The notes below the pieces were generated by a model. That model was not told the DNA's origin. It did not search any database and saw only the letters and a list, made by a program, of their open reading frames with translations. Of a stretch of DNA of 64,000 bases, positions 56,134 to 64,000 are shown piece by piece; within the stretch, counting starts at the first letter, position 1; every line of letters begins with the position of its first letter. The position numbers were made by a program, and so were the translations under genes. The DNA is from an uncultured Solibacteraceae bacterium (GTDB lineage: Bacteria; Acidobacteriota; Vicinamibacteria; Vicinamibacterales; SCN-69-37), in NCBI GenBank assembly GCA_964489685.1, contig CAZAZR010000004.1:2428-66427 (forward strand), written 5' to 3'.

Positions 56134-56552
56134 ATCACGAGGACGCACGGTACGTCCTGATCGGCGGCTTTGCCGTCATCGTGCATGGTGCCGGGCGCTT
56201 TACGAAAGACATCGATCTGCTGATTGATGACGCTCCCTCAAACGTGGCACGGGTCAAGCGGGCACTTGGCGTCCTCGCCGACAATGCGGCGGCGGACGTG
56301 CTCGACACCGACGTCCGGGATCACGTGGTCGTGCGCATCGCGGATGAAGTGGTGATCGACCTGATGGGTCGCGCCTGCGGGCTGTCGTACGAGGACGTCA
56401 TCAAGGATGCGGAGTGGTTCGATCTGGAAGGCGTCCGCGTGCCGGTGGCCAGTCCGGCCGCGCTGATTCGCACCAAGGACACGTACCGGCCGCAAGATGC
56501 GATCGACCGCGCGTTCCTGGAGGGGCTTCGTAAGAAGGACGACCGGCAGTAG
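56058..56552 (+). CDS. Small nucleotidyltransferase-fold protein
   Basis: 'LLRLCRALNHEDARYVLIGGFAVIVHGAGRFTKDIDLLID' is an NTase GG...D.D core. There is no ATG upstream of the core, so the nearest in-frame start is GTG 56058. Confidence 0.5.
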   Translation: MDDQRDSEYARAPEPADLLRLCRALNHEDARYVLIGGFAVIVHGAGRFTKDIDLLIDDAPSNVARVKRALGVLADNAAADVLDTDVRDHVVVRIADEVVIDLMGRACGLSYEDVIKDAEWFDLEGVRVPVASPAALIRTKDTYRPQDAIDRAFLEGLRKKDDRQ

Positions 56553-56570
56553 GCACTCACAGTGGCTGCG

Positions 56571-57707
56571 CTACTTCGACACGCCGCGGTGCGTCGTGAG
56601 GTACGTCGCGAAACTGCCGAGCCAATGTCCGCCGGCATAGTGCTCGCCGGTCACCGCCGCCAGTCCACTGGCGGCATGCGTTCGAGCGGCAGCCAGAAGC
56701 GACTGGCGGCGCGCGTCTCGCTCGGGCAGGCCCGAGGCAATGCCTTCGAGCATCCACGCGCGACTGAGGTTGAGACCGTCCAGGTGGGCGAGTTTGCCAT
56801 CGGTCTTGTCGGTCACGACACCAATTGGCAGCCAGGTATCAGTGGCGGTCTTCGGCAGTCGTGGCAGACACTCCGTGAGCCACGTCGCAAACTCGCCGGG
56901 CTGGAGTACTCGTCGCATCACGTCTGCCTCGGCAAGGCACGGCGACAGAAAGTCCTGTCCGGATGGCTCGTATCCGATCGGGCAGTCGCGATCCTTGAGA
57001 TGAAACTCTCGAATCCTGCTCTTGACGAGCACCTCGAGCGCCACGTCGTGGCCGCGCGCATAGTCGAGGATCAACCCAAAGGCGAATGCGGTCTGGGGAT
57101 GCTCACCTTCGCGAATCGGATACGCGAGCCTGGGCAACCAGGCCTTCAGCCGGCCGAGCACAGCGGCCTCGAGCGGCGCCAGTGTGGCCGAGAGCCGAGC
57201 GGCCTCGGGCGACTGCCACTCGCGCAGTTCAGCGGCCAACTGCAGCAGCCACGCCAGTCCGTACGGCCGCTCGAACGACTCGCGCCCCGTCCCGTTCAGG
57301 TACGCCACTTCGTCGGCGATGTGTGCGGGCGTCAGATTCGCTTCGAGTGCGGCCATGGCATTCGCGGCGAACGGCGCATCGGAGAACGTGCGTGTCAGCC
57401 GGGCCAGCAGCCAGTGGCCATGCACGGACGAGTGCCAGTCGAAACACCCATAAAACGCAGGCGTCAGCTCATGCGGCGCCTTCACGTCCTCAGGCGAATT
57501 CAGGACGTGGGCGATTTTGTTCGGGTATTCCTTCTGCACGCACGAGAGCGCAAGCGCCGCAAACCGGCCGGCCGTCTCCTGCGAGAGGACGGGCGCAACC
57601 GTGAAGCTGACATCGGCGACTGGTGACTGGTCCCCGGATCCGGAACAGGCGGAAGCCACCAAGCCTGGCAGCACCAGAAGACTGATGATAATTCGAATGG
57701 TCCTCAC
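56571..57707 (-). CDS. DUF2891 domain-containing protein, lipoprotein
   Basis: Start trimmed to GTG 57707 (RTIRIIISLLVLPGLVASAC lipobox). 'YGCFDWHSSVHGHWLLARL' is a DUF2891-like signature. Confidence 0.55.
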   Translation of the reverse strand: MRTIRIIISLLVLPGLVASACSGSGDQSPVADVSFTVAPVLSQETAGRFAALALSCVQKEYPNKIAHVLNSPEDVKAPHELTPAFYGCFDWHSSVHGHWLLARLTRTFSDAPFAANAMAALEANLTPAHIADEVAYLNGTGRESFERPYGLAWLLQLAAELREWQSPEAARLSATLAPLEAAVLGRLKAWLPRLAYPIREGEHPQTAFAFGLILDYARGHDVALEVLVKSRIREFHLKDRDCPIGYEPSGQDFLSPCLAEADVMRRVLQPGEFATWLTECLPRLPKTATDTWLPIGVVTDKTDGKLAHLDGLNLSRAWMLEGIASGLPERDARRQSLLAAARTHAASGLAAVTGEHYAGGHWLGSFATYLTTHRGVSK

Positions 57708-57836
57708 AGAGAGGACTCTACCCCAACATCGCGCACGTCTTCGGCGCCGCAGATTTGCTCCCGAAGATACACGCAGCCGGCATCGTCCACGACAGGGCTG
57801 GCCCAAGGGGCGTCGCCGGTGTCACAATGACCCGCC

Positions 57837-60629
57837 ATGCCACTGACCGCAGGAACCCGACTGGGCACGTACGAGATTCTCGCGGCCATCGGGGCCGGTG
57901 GGATGGGCGAGGTCTATCGCGCCCGCGATACCAAGCTCAACCGCGACGTCGCCCTGAAAATTCTGACTGAGGCGTTTGCCGGCGATGCCGATCGGCTGGC
58001 CCGCTTCACGCGCGAAGCCGAAACGCTGGCGGCGCTCAATCACCCCAACATCGCCCACGTCTACGACGCCGGGAAGCCCGACGCGTCATCATCGGCCGCC
58101 TATCTGGTCATGGAACTCGTCGAAGGCGAGGACCTGTCCGCGGTCATCGGTCGCGGTCCGATCGCCCTGGCCGATGCAGTCGCCATCGCACGCCAGATTG
58201 CCGACGCGCTCGAAGCCGCCCACGACCAGGGCATCGTCCATCGCGACCTCAAGCCGGCCAACGTGAAGGTGAAAGCGGACGGCACGGTGAAGGTGCTGGA
58301 TTTCGGATTGGCCAAAGCGCTGGGGTCGGATCCGTCCGGCACGTCGGCCGGCGCGATGAACTCGCCGACGCTGACCGCACGCGCGACGCAGATGGGCATG
58401 ATCATCGGCACGGCGGCCTACATGGCGCCGGAACAGGCGCGCGGGCGCGCCGTCGATCGGCGCGCCGATGTGTGGGCGTTCGGCGTCGTGCTCTATGAAA
58501 TGCTGACCGGCCGGCGCGCGTTTGAGGGCGACGACATCTCGATCACCCTCGCGAGCGTGCTCAAGGAAGACGTGCGCTGGGACGCGCTACCGGCGGACCT
58601 GCCGGCGCCCCTGCGCCGTCTCCTCCGCCGCTGTCTCGAGAAGGATCCCAAACGCCGGCTGAGTGCGATTGCAGATGCGCGACTCGAGCTGGACGACATC
58701 AGCGCGGGCGCCGATCGGGACTCCACGCTCACACCCCTCGCGCCCCTGACTCCGGCAGTTGCTGTTCCCGCGTGGCGGCGCGCGCTGCCGTGGGCGACGA
58801 CGGCGGCAAGCCTCGCGGCTGCGATCGGCATACTCGCACTGTGGGCGCCCTGGCGCTCGGAACCGACGCCGTCGCTGCGCAAGTTTCTGGTGAACATCGG
58901 CGCGAACGCGTCACTGCAGACCAACGTCGGCGCCGCGGCGATTCTGTCGCCTGACGGCACGACACTGGCGTTTGTCGGCCAGCAGGCGGGCGCCCTGCGA
59001 CTGTTTGTGAGGAAGCTCGACCAGTTGCAGGCCGCCCCGCTTGCAGGCACGGAAGACGCGGTGAACCCGTTCTTTTCGCCGAACGGCGAATGGATTGCTT
59101 TTTTTGCCGGCGGCAAGTTGAAGAAGGTTGCGGTCACTGGCGGCGCAGCGCTCACGCTGTGTGACGCGCCGTCGGGACGCGGCGGCACGTGGACAGACAA
59201 CGAGGAGATCATCTTCACGCCCAATTCCACATCTAATGTGACACTCATGCGCGTGTCGGCCTCGGGCGGCAAGACCGCCACGGCCTTCGGCGTGCTGAGC
59301 GAGGGAGCCGTTACGCAGCGCTGGCCGCAGGCACTACCCGGCCGGCGCGGCATCCTCTACAGCGAGAGCGCGAACACCGGCTTGTGGGACTCGGCGAATT
59401 TGGTCGTCGCGCCCGCCGATGGCGGCGCGGGGAAGGTCGTCGTACGCGGCGGCTACTACGGGCGGTTCGTGCCGAGCGGGCCGGGCGCGCCCAACCGCGC
59501 GGACCGCGCCGATGGGCACCTGCTGTACTTGCAGCAGGGCACGGTGTTTGCCGTGCGCTTCAACCTCGACCGCCTCGAGACCGTGGGCGAGGCCAGGCCG
59601 GTGCTCGACGGTGTTGCCGCCAGCGAGGGAACGGGTGGAGCCCAGCCGGCCTTTTCTGACGAGGGCACGCTGGTCTACGTGCCAGGTTCCGTAGTCGGAG
59701 CGTCCAATCCCATCAATTGGATGACGCGTGACGGCAAGACCTCTGTGCTTCGCGCCGCCACTGCGGATTGGTCGCAGCCGAGCTTCTCGCCGAACGGCCA
59801 GCGGCTGGCCGTGGCGATGGGCAGCGGCAGCAATAATCGCGACATCTGGGTGTATGACTGGGCGGGCGACGCCATGTCGCAACTGACCATCGACGCCGGC
59901 AACGACAGCAACCCGGTCTGGTCGCCGAGCGGTCAGCATATTGTCTTCACGTCGGACCGCAGCGGCGTGGCGAACTTGTACGTCGCCAACAGCGACGGTA
60001 CCGGCGCGGTGTCGCGGCTCACCAATAGCCCCAACGTGCAGCAGGTGTGGTCGTTTCATCCCAGTGGGAAGTTTCTCGCCTTCCAGGAGACCAGCAAGGA
60101 CATCTCGGGGATCGACTTGATGATCCTGCCTCTCGAGAACGATCCCGCCCGGGGATGGATCGCCGGCACGCCGACGGTCTTTCTCAAAACCCCGGGGACC
60201 GAGCTGCAGCCCATGTTCTCGCCCGATGGGAACTGGATCGCGTACTTCTCGAATGAAGCAGGCAACACGACGGATGTGCATGTGCGCCCGTTTCCGGGCC
60301 CTGGCGGCCAGTGGCGGGTGTCGAACGAAGGCGGTCGGTTCCCGCGGTGGTCCAGGACGTCGAACGAGCTCCTGTATCTGAACCAGGGCACGGTGATGGT
60401 GGCGCCCTATTCGGTGGTGGGCAATTCGTTCCGGCGGGAAAAGCCGACGATCTGGTCGCCGGCCAAGTACATGCCGCTGGGCAACCGGAGCCCCTACGAC
60501 ATCCATCCGGACGGCAAGCGGCTGGCGCTCGTCGCAGCGCCGGATCAAACCACGGACGTGCTGGACCAAATCGTCGTCGTGTCGAACTTCTTCGACTATC
60601 TCTGGCAGATCGCCCCGGGACGAAAGTAA
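57837..60629 (+). CDS. Ser/Thr protein kinase with a TM helix and a C-terminal TolB-like (PD40/WD40-like) beta-propeller
   Basis: The kinase domain has GAGGMGEVYRA, VALK, HRDLKPANV, DFGLAK and APEQ. A TM segment follows (WATTAASLAAAIGILALWAPW). Repeated 'SPDG/SPNG' propeller blades fill the C-terminal part. Confidence 0.9.
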   Translation: MPLTAGTRLGTYEILAAIGAGGMGEVYRARDTKLNRDVALKILTEAFAGDADRLARFTREAETLAALNHPNIAHVYDAGKPDASSSAAYLVMELVEGEDLSAVIGRGPIALADAVAIARQIADALEAAHDQGIVHRDLKPANVKVKADGTVKVLDFGLAKALGSDPSGTSAGAMNSPTLTARATQMGMIIGTAAYMAPEQARGRAVDRRADVWAFGVVLYEMLTGRRAFEGDDISITLASVLKEDVRWDALPADLPAPLRRLLRRCLEKDPKRRLSAIADARLELDDISAGADRDSTLTPLAPLTPAVAVPAWRRALPWATTAASLAAAIGILALWAPWRSEPTPSLRKFLVNIGANASLQTNVGAAAILSPDGTTLAFVGQQAGALRLFVRKLDQLQAAPLAGTEDAVNPFFSPNGEWIAFFAGGKLKKVAVTGGAALTLCDAPSGRGGTWTDNEEIIFTPNSTSNVTLMRVSASGGKTATAFGVLSEGAVTQRWPQALPGRRGILYSESANTGLWDSANLVVAPADGGAGKVVVRGGYYGRFVPSGPGAPNRADRADGHLLYLQQGTVFAVRFNLDRLETVGEARPVLDGVAASEGTGGAQPAFSDEGTLVYVPGSVVGASNPINWMTRDGKTSVLRAATADWSQPSFSPNGQRLAVAMGSGSNNRDIWVYDWAGDAMSQLTIDAGNDSNPVWSPSGQHIVFTSDRSGVANLYVANSDGTGAVSRLTNSPNVQQVWSFHPSGKFLAFQETSKDISGIDLMILPLENDPARGWIAGTPTVFLKTPGTELQPMFSPDGNWIAYFSNEAGNTTDVHVRPFPGPGGQWRVSNEGGRFPRWSRTSNELLYLNQGTVMVAPYSVVGNSFRREKPTIWSPAKYMPLGNRSPYDIHPDGKRLALVAAPDQTTDVLDQIVVVSNFFDYLWQIAPGRK

Positions 60630-61508
60630 GGGCAACGATGCCGCGTTGAGGCGATAGCCTCATTCTTTACCGCACTCGCTCTTTGAGACTCAGCCAGCCA
60701 GTTCACAATGATCTCGAACCGCGTCACCGGCTCGCGCCTGCGTTGAATGGCAAGGAACCGCCCGTTGGGCGCGACGCCGACGACGGTGAGGTTCGGACGC
60801 GCGAAGACGTTGCGAGGCTCGGAAAAAGGTGGCGGCAGCTCGATCGGACGCGCCTCCGGGCACATCGTCGGTGACAACAAGCCACTTGCCATCTGGAGAG
60901 AGAGACCAGCCACGAACGGCTCGGTCGGGTGGAATACTGACTTGCCGCTCCGGCGCTCCCAGCACTGACGTCTGATACAGACCCGCTTTCTCGCGCCAGG
61001 CCGAGAAGAACACCTGCGCGCCATCCTTCGACACGACCGGGCTGTAGTCTTCCCCTCTCGTGTTGGTCAGTCGTGCGCGGCGACCGGCGGTGACGTCGAA
61101 GGTCCAGAACTTTTTTTCGCGCGTGGCCTGTGTGCTGACGAACACGATGTGCCGGCCATCTGTCGATAGCCGCGCCGCCCCGATCTGCGGATCCTGGAAC
61201 AGGGTTTCGATGCGGCCGTCGGCCGTCACCCAGCGACTGATAAGGCCGGTTATGTCAGGGACAACTCCTCAATACGGCCTATCGGCCGCCGCGATGTTCG
61301 GGTGATTGAGGGACGCCAGCACCTGCGCCTCGCGCTTGAAGCGCGCGACGCGATCCGTATCTGTCGCGAACGACTCAGGCAGAATTTTGAGCGCCACGTC
61401 TCGATCGAGCTTCGTATCGCGCGCGCGATAGACCTCGCCCATGCCGCCCGCGCCCAGTGGCGAAAGGACTTCGTAGGGGCCGACTTTCGAGCCGGGGGGC
61501 AGGGCCAT
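60596..61508 (-). pseudogene. Decayed paralog of the Ser/Thr-kinase/beta-propeller genes
   Basis: The N-terminal 80 aa (MALPPGSKVGPYEVLSPLGAGGMGEVYRARDT...LNHPNIA) stop abruptly at 61269. Propeller-blade fragments follow in a second frame (60690-61229). A family-typical C-terminus (APNGRFLAIQ...EIIVNWLAE) lies in a third frame. Confidence 0.65.
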
Positions 61509-61568
61509 GGAGTAACGGATTATAGGCGCCCGGGCGCCGTCGCGTGACACCGCCGCCGACCTCGCCGA

Positions 61569-64000
61569 CTACTTCGCACGGGCCCCGATCGCGCGAAGCT
61601 CGTCGAACCAGTGCAGTACGAGTTTGATCGACGCTCGGTCTTCTGAGGGAAGCGCCGACGTCGACGGTTTGGTCCACACGAACGTCTGGCCACCCGGCAG
61701 GACGTCGTAGTTGAGCGGCGCGCGCGCTGATGTGTTCGTGGGCAACAACGCGACCAACGGTACTGCCTTCCCGAATGTGGGCGTCAGTCCAAGCGTGACG
61801 GGCGCGGACACGACACGCGACCCCGAGATCCCGAAGTAGAACAACTCGTCGCCGCGAGGCGACCAGAACGGGTGGTGTCCGGCCTCGCCATCGGGCGACA
61901 CCTGGTACATCGCGCCGGTCGCCGGCACAGGCTGTACAAAAATCCGGGCACTGAAGCCCAGGTCCGCGGTCCGGCTCGTATAGGCCACCCATTGCCCGTT
62001 GGGTGAAAACGCGGCATTCAAGGGATCGGTCGAGGCCAGATCGCCAAACCGCTCGGTCTTCTTCGCCGCCCACGAGTAGAACCAGAGCTGCACCCCATCG
62101 TTCGCCACTCTCGAGAACCCAAGGTATCGGTCGTCACTGGACCAGGACTCCGCATGGTGCTCGGTGCCGGGCTCTGCCGTGGTCAATCGTTCCTCGTCAC
62201 CATGACCATCGGCCCGTCGCACGAAGAGGCCGCGGCCGCCGTCGCGCGCCGACTCGAACGCGATCCGGTCGCCAGTGGGCGACCACACCGGCATCCGATT
62301 GCTGCCGGTAAAGGTCAGCTTGCGCGGGGCGATCTTCCCTGCCACATCGTAAATCCAGATGGCCGAGGTCTCCCCTTCCGTCACCGTCACGGCCAACTGC
62401 TTTCCGCTCGGCGAGATCCGCGGCGACTTGTACCGCCTGGGCACGGCCTCAATCACGCGTTCGACACCCAGGCGACTGGTTTGGACCAGCGTCCCCTTGT
62501 CAGAGAGGTCGACCGGCCCAGGCACGTAGGCCAGCGTTCCTGAATCCGAGATCCCCGCCACCATGTTGTAGGATCGGCGGCCCGAGGTCGAGCCACGATC
62601 GATCCCCTGCACCAGGGCACGTGGCAGACCGCTGACGCGCCGGCTGGTGGGATCAAATGCCACCCCGAACATGACGCCGCCCACCGCGTAGACCAGGTGC
62701 CCGGTCGGCAGATACCGTCCATCGCTTCCCAGAGGGAAGACGACGTCCCGCGTTCCGGATGCGATCGACTGCGCGACAATTTTTGCCTGGTCCCAATCTG
62801 GCCGCGGCGTTCCGATCGCGAGCGTGAACAAGATCACGTCGCCATCGGGCATCATCTGAGGCCTGGCGGCATGTTCGCCCGGCTGCAGCACAACGACTTG
62901 CGCGGGCGCTCCGCCGCCGGCTGCCAGACGCACGATCCCTTTCTCGCCGAGGCCCACGAGCAAGTCATCGCCATCCCAGGTGATCCCGAACGGTAGGCCG
63001 GCAAGCGTGGCGAGATCAAGCGGCACGCCTCCGGCCGCCGGCATGCGCTTCACGACGTTCCCCACGCTGAACACCAGCGATTCACCATCGGTCGAGAAGA
63101 TGAGGTTCGCCAGTCCTGCCGCGTCCACGCCAGCGACGGACGTCGCCTGAAAACTGTCGAGTGATCGCAGCAGGAGCTGTCCACCTGTTACTGCCGCCAC
63201 GCGGCGGCCGTCAGGCGATATCGCAAGGCGACCGGAATAACCCGGGAGATCCATCGACAGGCGTCCCACGAGGCGATCGGTCTGTGAGGGGGCGCCCCAA
63301 TTGCTGAGGAGCGCACCGACCACCGCGGCGCCGCCGAGCGCACTGCCGAGCAGCGGCCACGCTCGTTGCCACAGCGCCGGCCTCGCCGCGACAGGTACTA
63401 CGGGTGAAACCACGTCAGCGTCTCCGGCACTCGTCAACGCGACGCGCGCTTCGCCGATATGTTGCAAACGCGTCTTCGGGTTGCGATCGAGACAACGCCC
63501 GATGAGGCGGCGAATATGTGCAGGCGTTCCGGCCGGCAGCGCTGCGATGTCGATCTCTGCGCGCAGAACCGCGGCCAGCACTTCACTCACGGTCTCAGCT
63601 TTGAAGAGCTGTTGCCCGGTGAGCATTTCGTAACACACCACACCGAACGCCCAGATGTCCGCGCGGTGATCGACCGGGCGGCCCTTTGCCTGCTCCGGAC
63701 TCATGTAGGCCGCCGTGCCGAGGATCATGCCCATGGCGGTCATCGCGGGTGACGTCATGGTTGGAGATTCGTAGGGCGTGGCTTTAGCCACGCCATCCAC
63801 GCCAGGGTCGGCGCGGCTAAAGCCACGCCCTACGGGTTCCATCGCCTTCGCGAGCCCGAAGTCCAGCACCTTCACCGTGCCGTCGGCGCGCACCTTGATG
63901 TTCGCCGGCTTGAGGTCGCGATGGACGATGCCCTGCTCGTGCGCCGCCTCGAGCGCCTCGGCGATCTGCCGCGCGATGGGGAGCGCGTCGACGAGCGGCA
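61569..64000 (-). CDS. Ser/Thr protein kinase with a TolB-like beta-propeller (5' end outside the window)
   Basis: The reading frame continues upstream of the track ORF to the window edge (...IARQIAEALEAAHEQGIVHRDLKPANIKVRADGTVKVLDFGLAK). The C-terminal propeller has SPDG repeats and ends ...HWFDELRAIGARAK. Confidence 0.9.
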   Translation of the reverse strand, partial: PLVDALPIARQIAEALEAAHEQGIVHRDLKPANIKVRADGTVKVLDFGLAKAMEPVGRGFSRADPGVDGVAKATPYESPTMTSPAMTAMGMILGTAAYMSPEQAKGRPVDHRADIWAFGVVCYEMLTGQQLFKAETVSEVLAAVLRAEIDIAALPAGTPAHIRRLIGRCLDRNPKTRLQHIGEARVALTSAGDADVVSPVVPVAARPALWQRAWPLLGSALGGAAVVGALLSNWGAPSQTDRLVGRLSMDLPGYSGRLAISPDGRRVAAVTGGQLLLRSLDSFQATSVAGVDAAGLANLIFSTDGESLVFSVGNVVKRMPAAGGVPLDLATLAGLPFGITWDGDDLLVGLGEKGIVRLAAGGGAPAQVVVLQPGEHAARPQMMPDGDVILFTLAIGTPRPDWDQAKIVAQSIASGTRDVVFPLGSDGRYLPTGHLVYAVGGVMFGVAFDPTSRRVSGLPRALVQGIDRGSTSGRRSYNMVAGISDSGTLAYVPGPVDLSDKGTLVQTSRLGVERVIEAVPRRYKSPRISPSGKQLAVTVTEGETSAIWIYDVAGKIAPRKLTFTGSNRMPVWSPTGDRIAFESARDGGRGLFVRRADGHGDEERLTTAEPGTEHHAESWSSDDRYLGFSRVANDGVQLWFYSWAAKKTERFGDLASTDPLNAAFSPNGQWVAYTSRTADLGFSARIFVQPVPATGAMYQVSPDGEAGHHPFWSPRGDELFYFGISGSRVVSAPVTLGLTPTFGKAVPLVALLPTNTSARAPLNYDVLPGGQTFVWTKPSTSALPSEDRASIKLVLHWFDELRAIGARAK
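63770..63834. repeat. Perfect 20-bp inverted repeat (REP-like palindrome) inside the kinase coding sequence
   Basis: cgtagggcgtggctttagcc (63770-63789) and ggctaaagccacgccctacg (63815-63834) are exact reverse complements, separated by a 25-nt spacer. Confidence 0.9.

Noticed and set aside
1-64000. A search for tRNA, rRNA, tmRNA, transposase, integrase or prophage genes.
   Set aside because: No cloverleaf-like segments, rRNA-like conserved blocks or recombinase motifs were seen. The intergenic regions are short and are accounted for above.

Overview
The window is a high-GC (about two-thirds G+C by eye) bacterial chromosomal segment with about 57 densely packed protein genes. I found no rRNA, tRNA, CRISPR array, transposase or integrase. 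The gene content looks like an Acidobacteriota-type soil bacterium: CarboxypepD_reg-like exported proteins, Ser/Thr kinases fused to TolB-like beta-propellers, TonB-dependent receptors, and DUF5916, DUF1028 and DUF2891 proteins. This taxonomic call is an inference.

Blocks, from start to end:
- 0-3.6 kb: ZIP transporter, GNAT, and an exported CarboxypepD_reg protein.
- 3.6-5.3 kb: a lower-GC toxin-antitoxin islet holding VapBC and an unusually long Doc-domain fusion.
- 5.3-13.3 kb: selO, a D-aminoacylase, polA and pcnB.
- 14.1-19.7 kb: a minus-strand string of M23 peptidase, DUF1015, serC and a TonB-dependent receptor.
- 19.8-34.9 kb: assorted hydrolases, ilvE, ychF and an SDR protein. G-tract 7-8 bp tandem repeats sit in several intergenic spacers here.
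- 34.9-44.6 kb: a near-complete reductive pyrimidine/hydantoin catabolism cluster (NCS1 permease, DPD-like barrel, mmsA, beta-ureidopropionase, dihydropyrimidinase, class-III aminotransferase).
- 45.3-55.2 kb: the most interesting region (described below).
- 55.2-57.7 kb: cyclophilin, an overlapping small ORF/NTase pair, and DUF2891.
- 57.8-64 kb: three paralogous Ser/Thr-kinase/beta-propeller genes. One is decayed, and one carries a perfect 20-bp palindrome inside its activation-loop coding sequence.

The 45.3-55.2 kb cluster is tightly coupled. It combines two PqqD-like (RRE-type) proteins, an HprK-like P-loop kinase, a PF14907-type nucleotidyltransferase, an AsnB-type amidotransferase, three glycosyltransferases, a GH-like TIM-barrel protein and a polytopic membrane protein. 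It also holds an unannotated 45-codon ORF (47695-47832, minus strand). The C-terminal half of that ORF matches the lasso-peptide leader/RRE recognition spacing, but only three residues follow the motif.

Many long ORFs in the supplied track are antisense shadow ORFs typical of high-GC DNA, and I did not call them.
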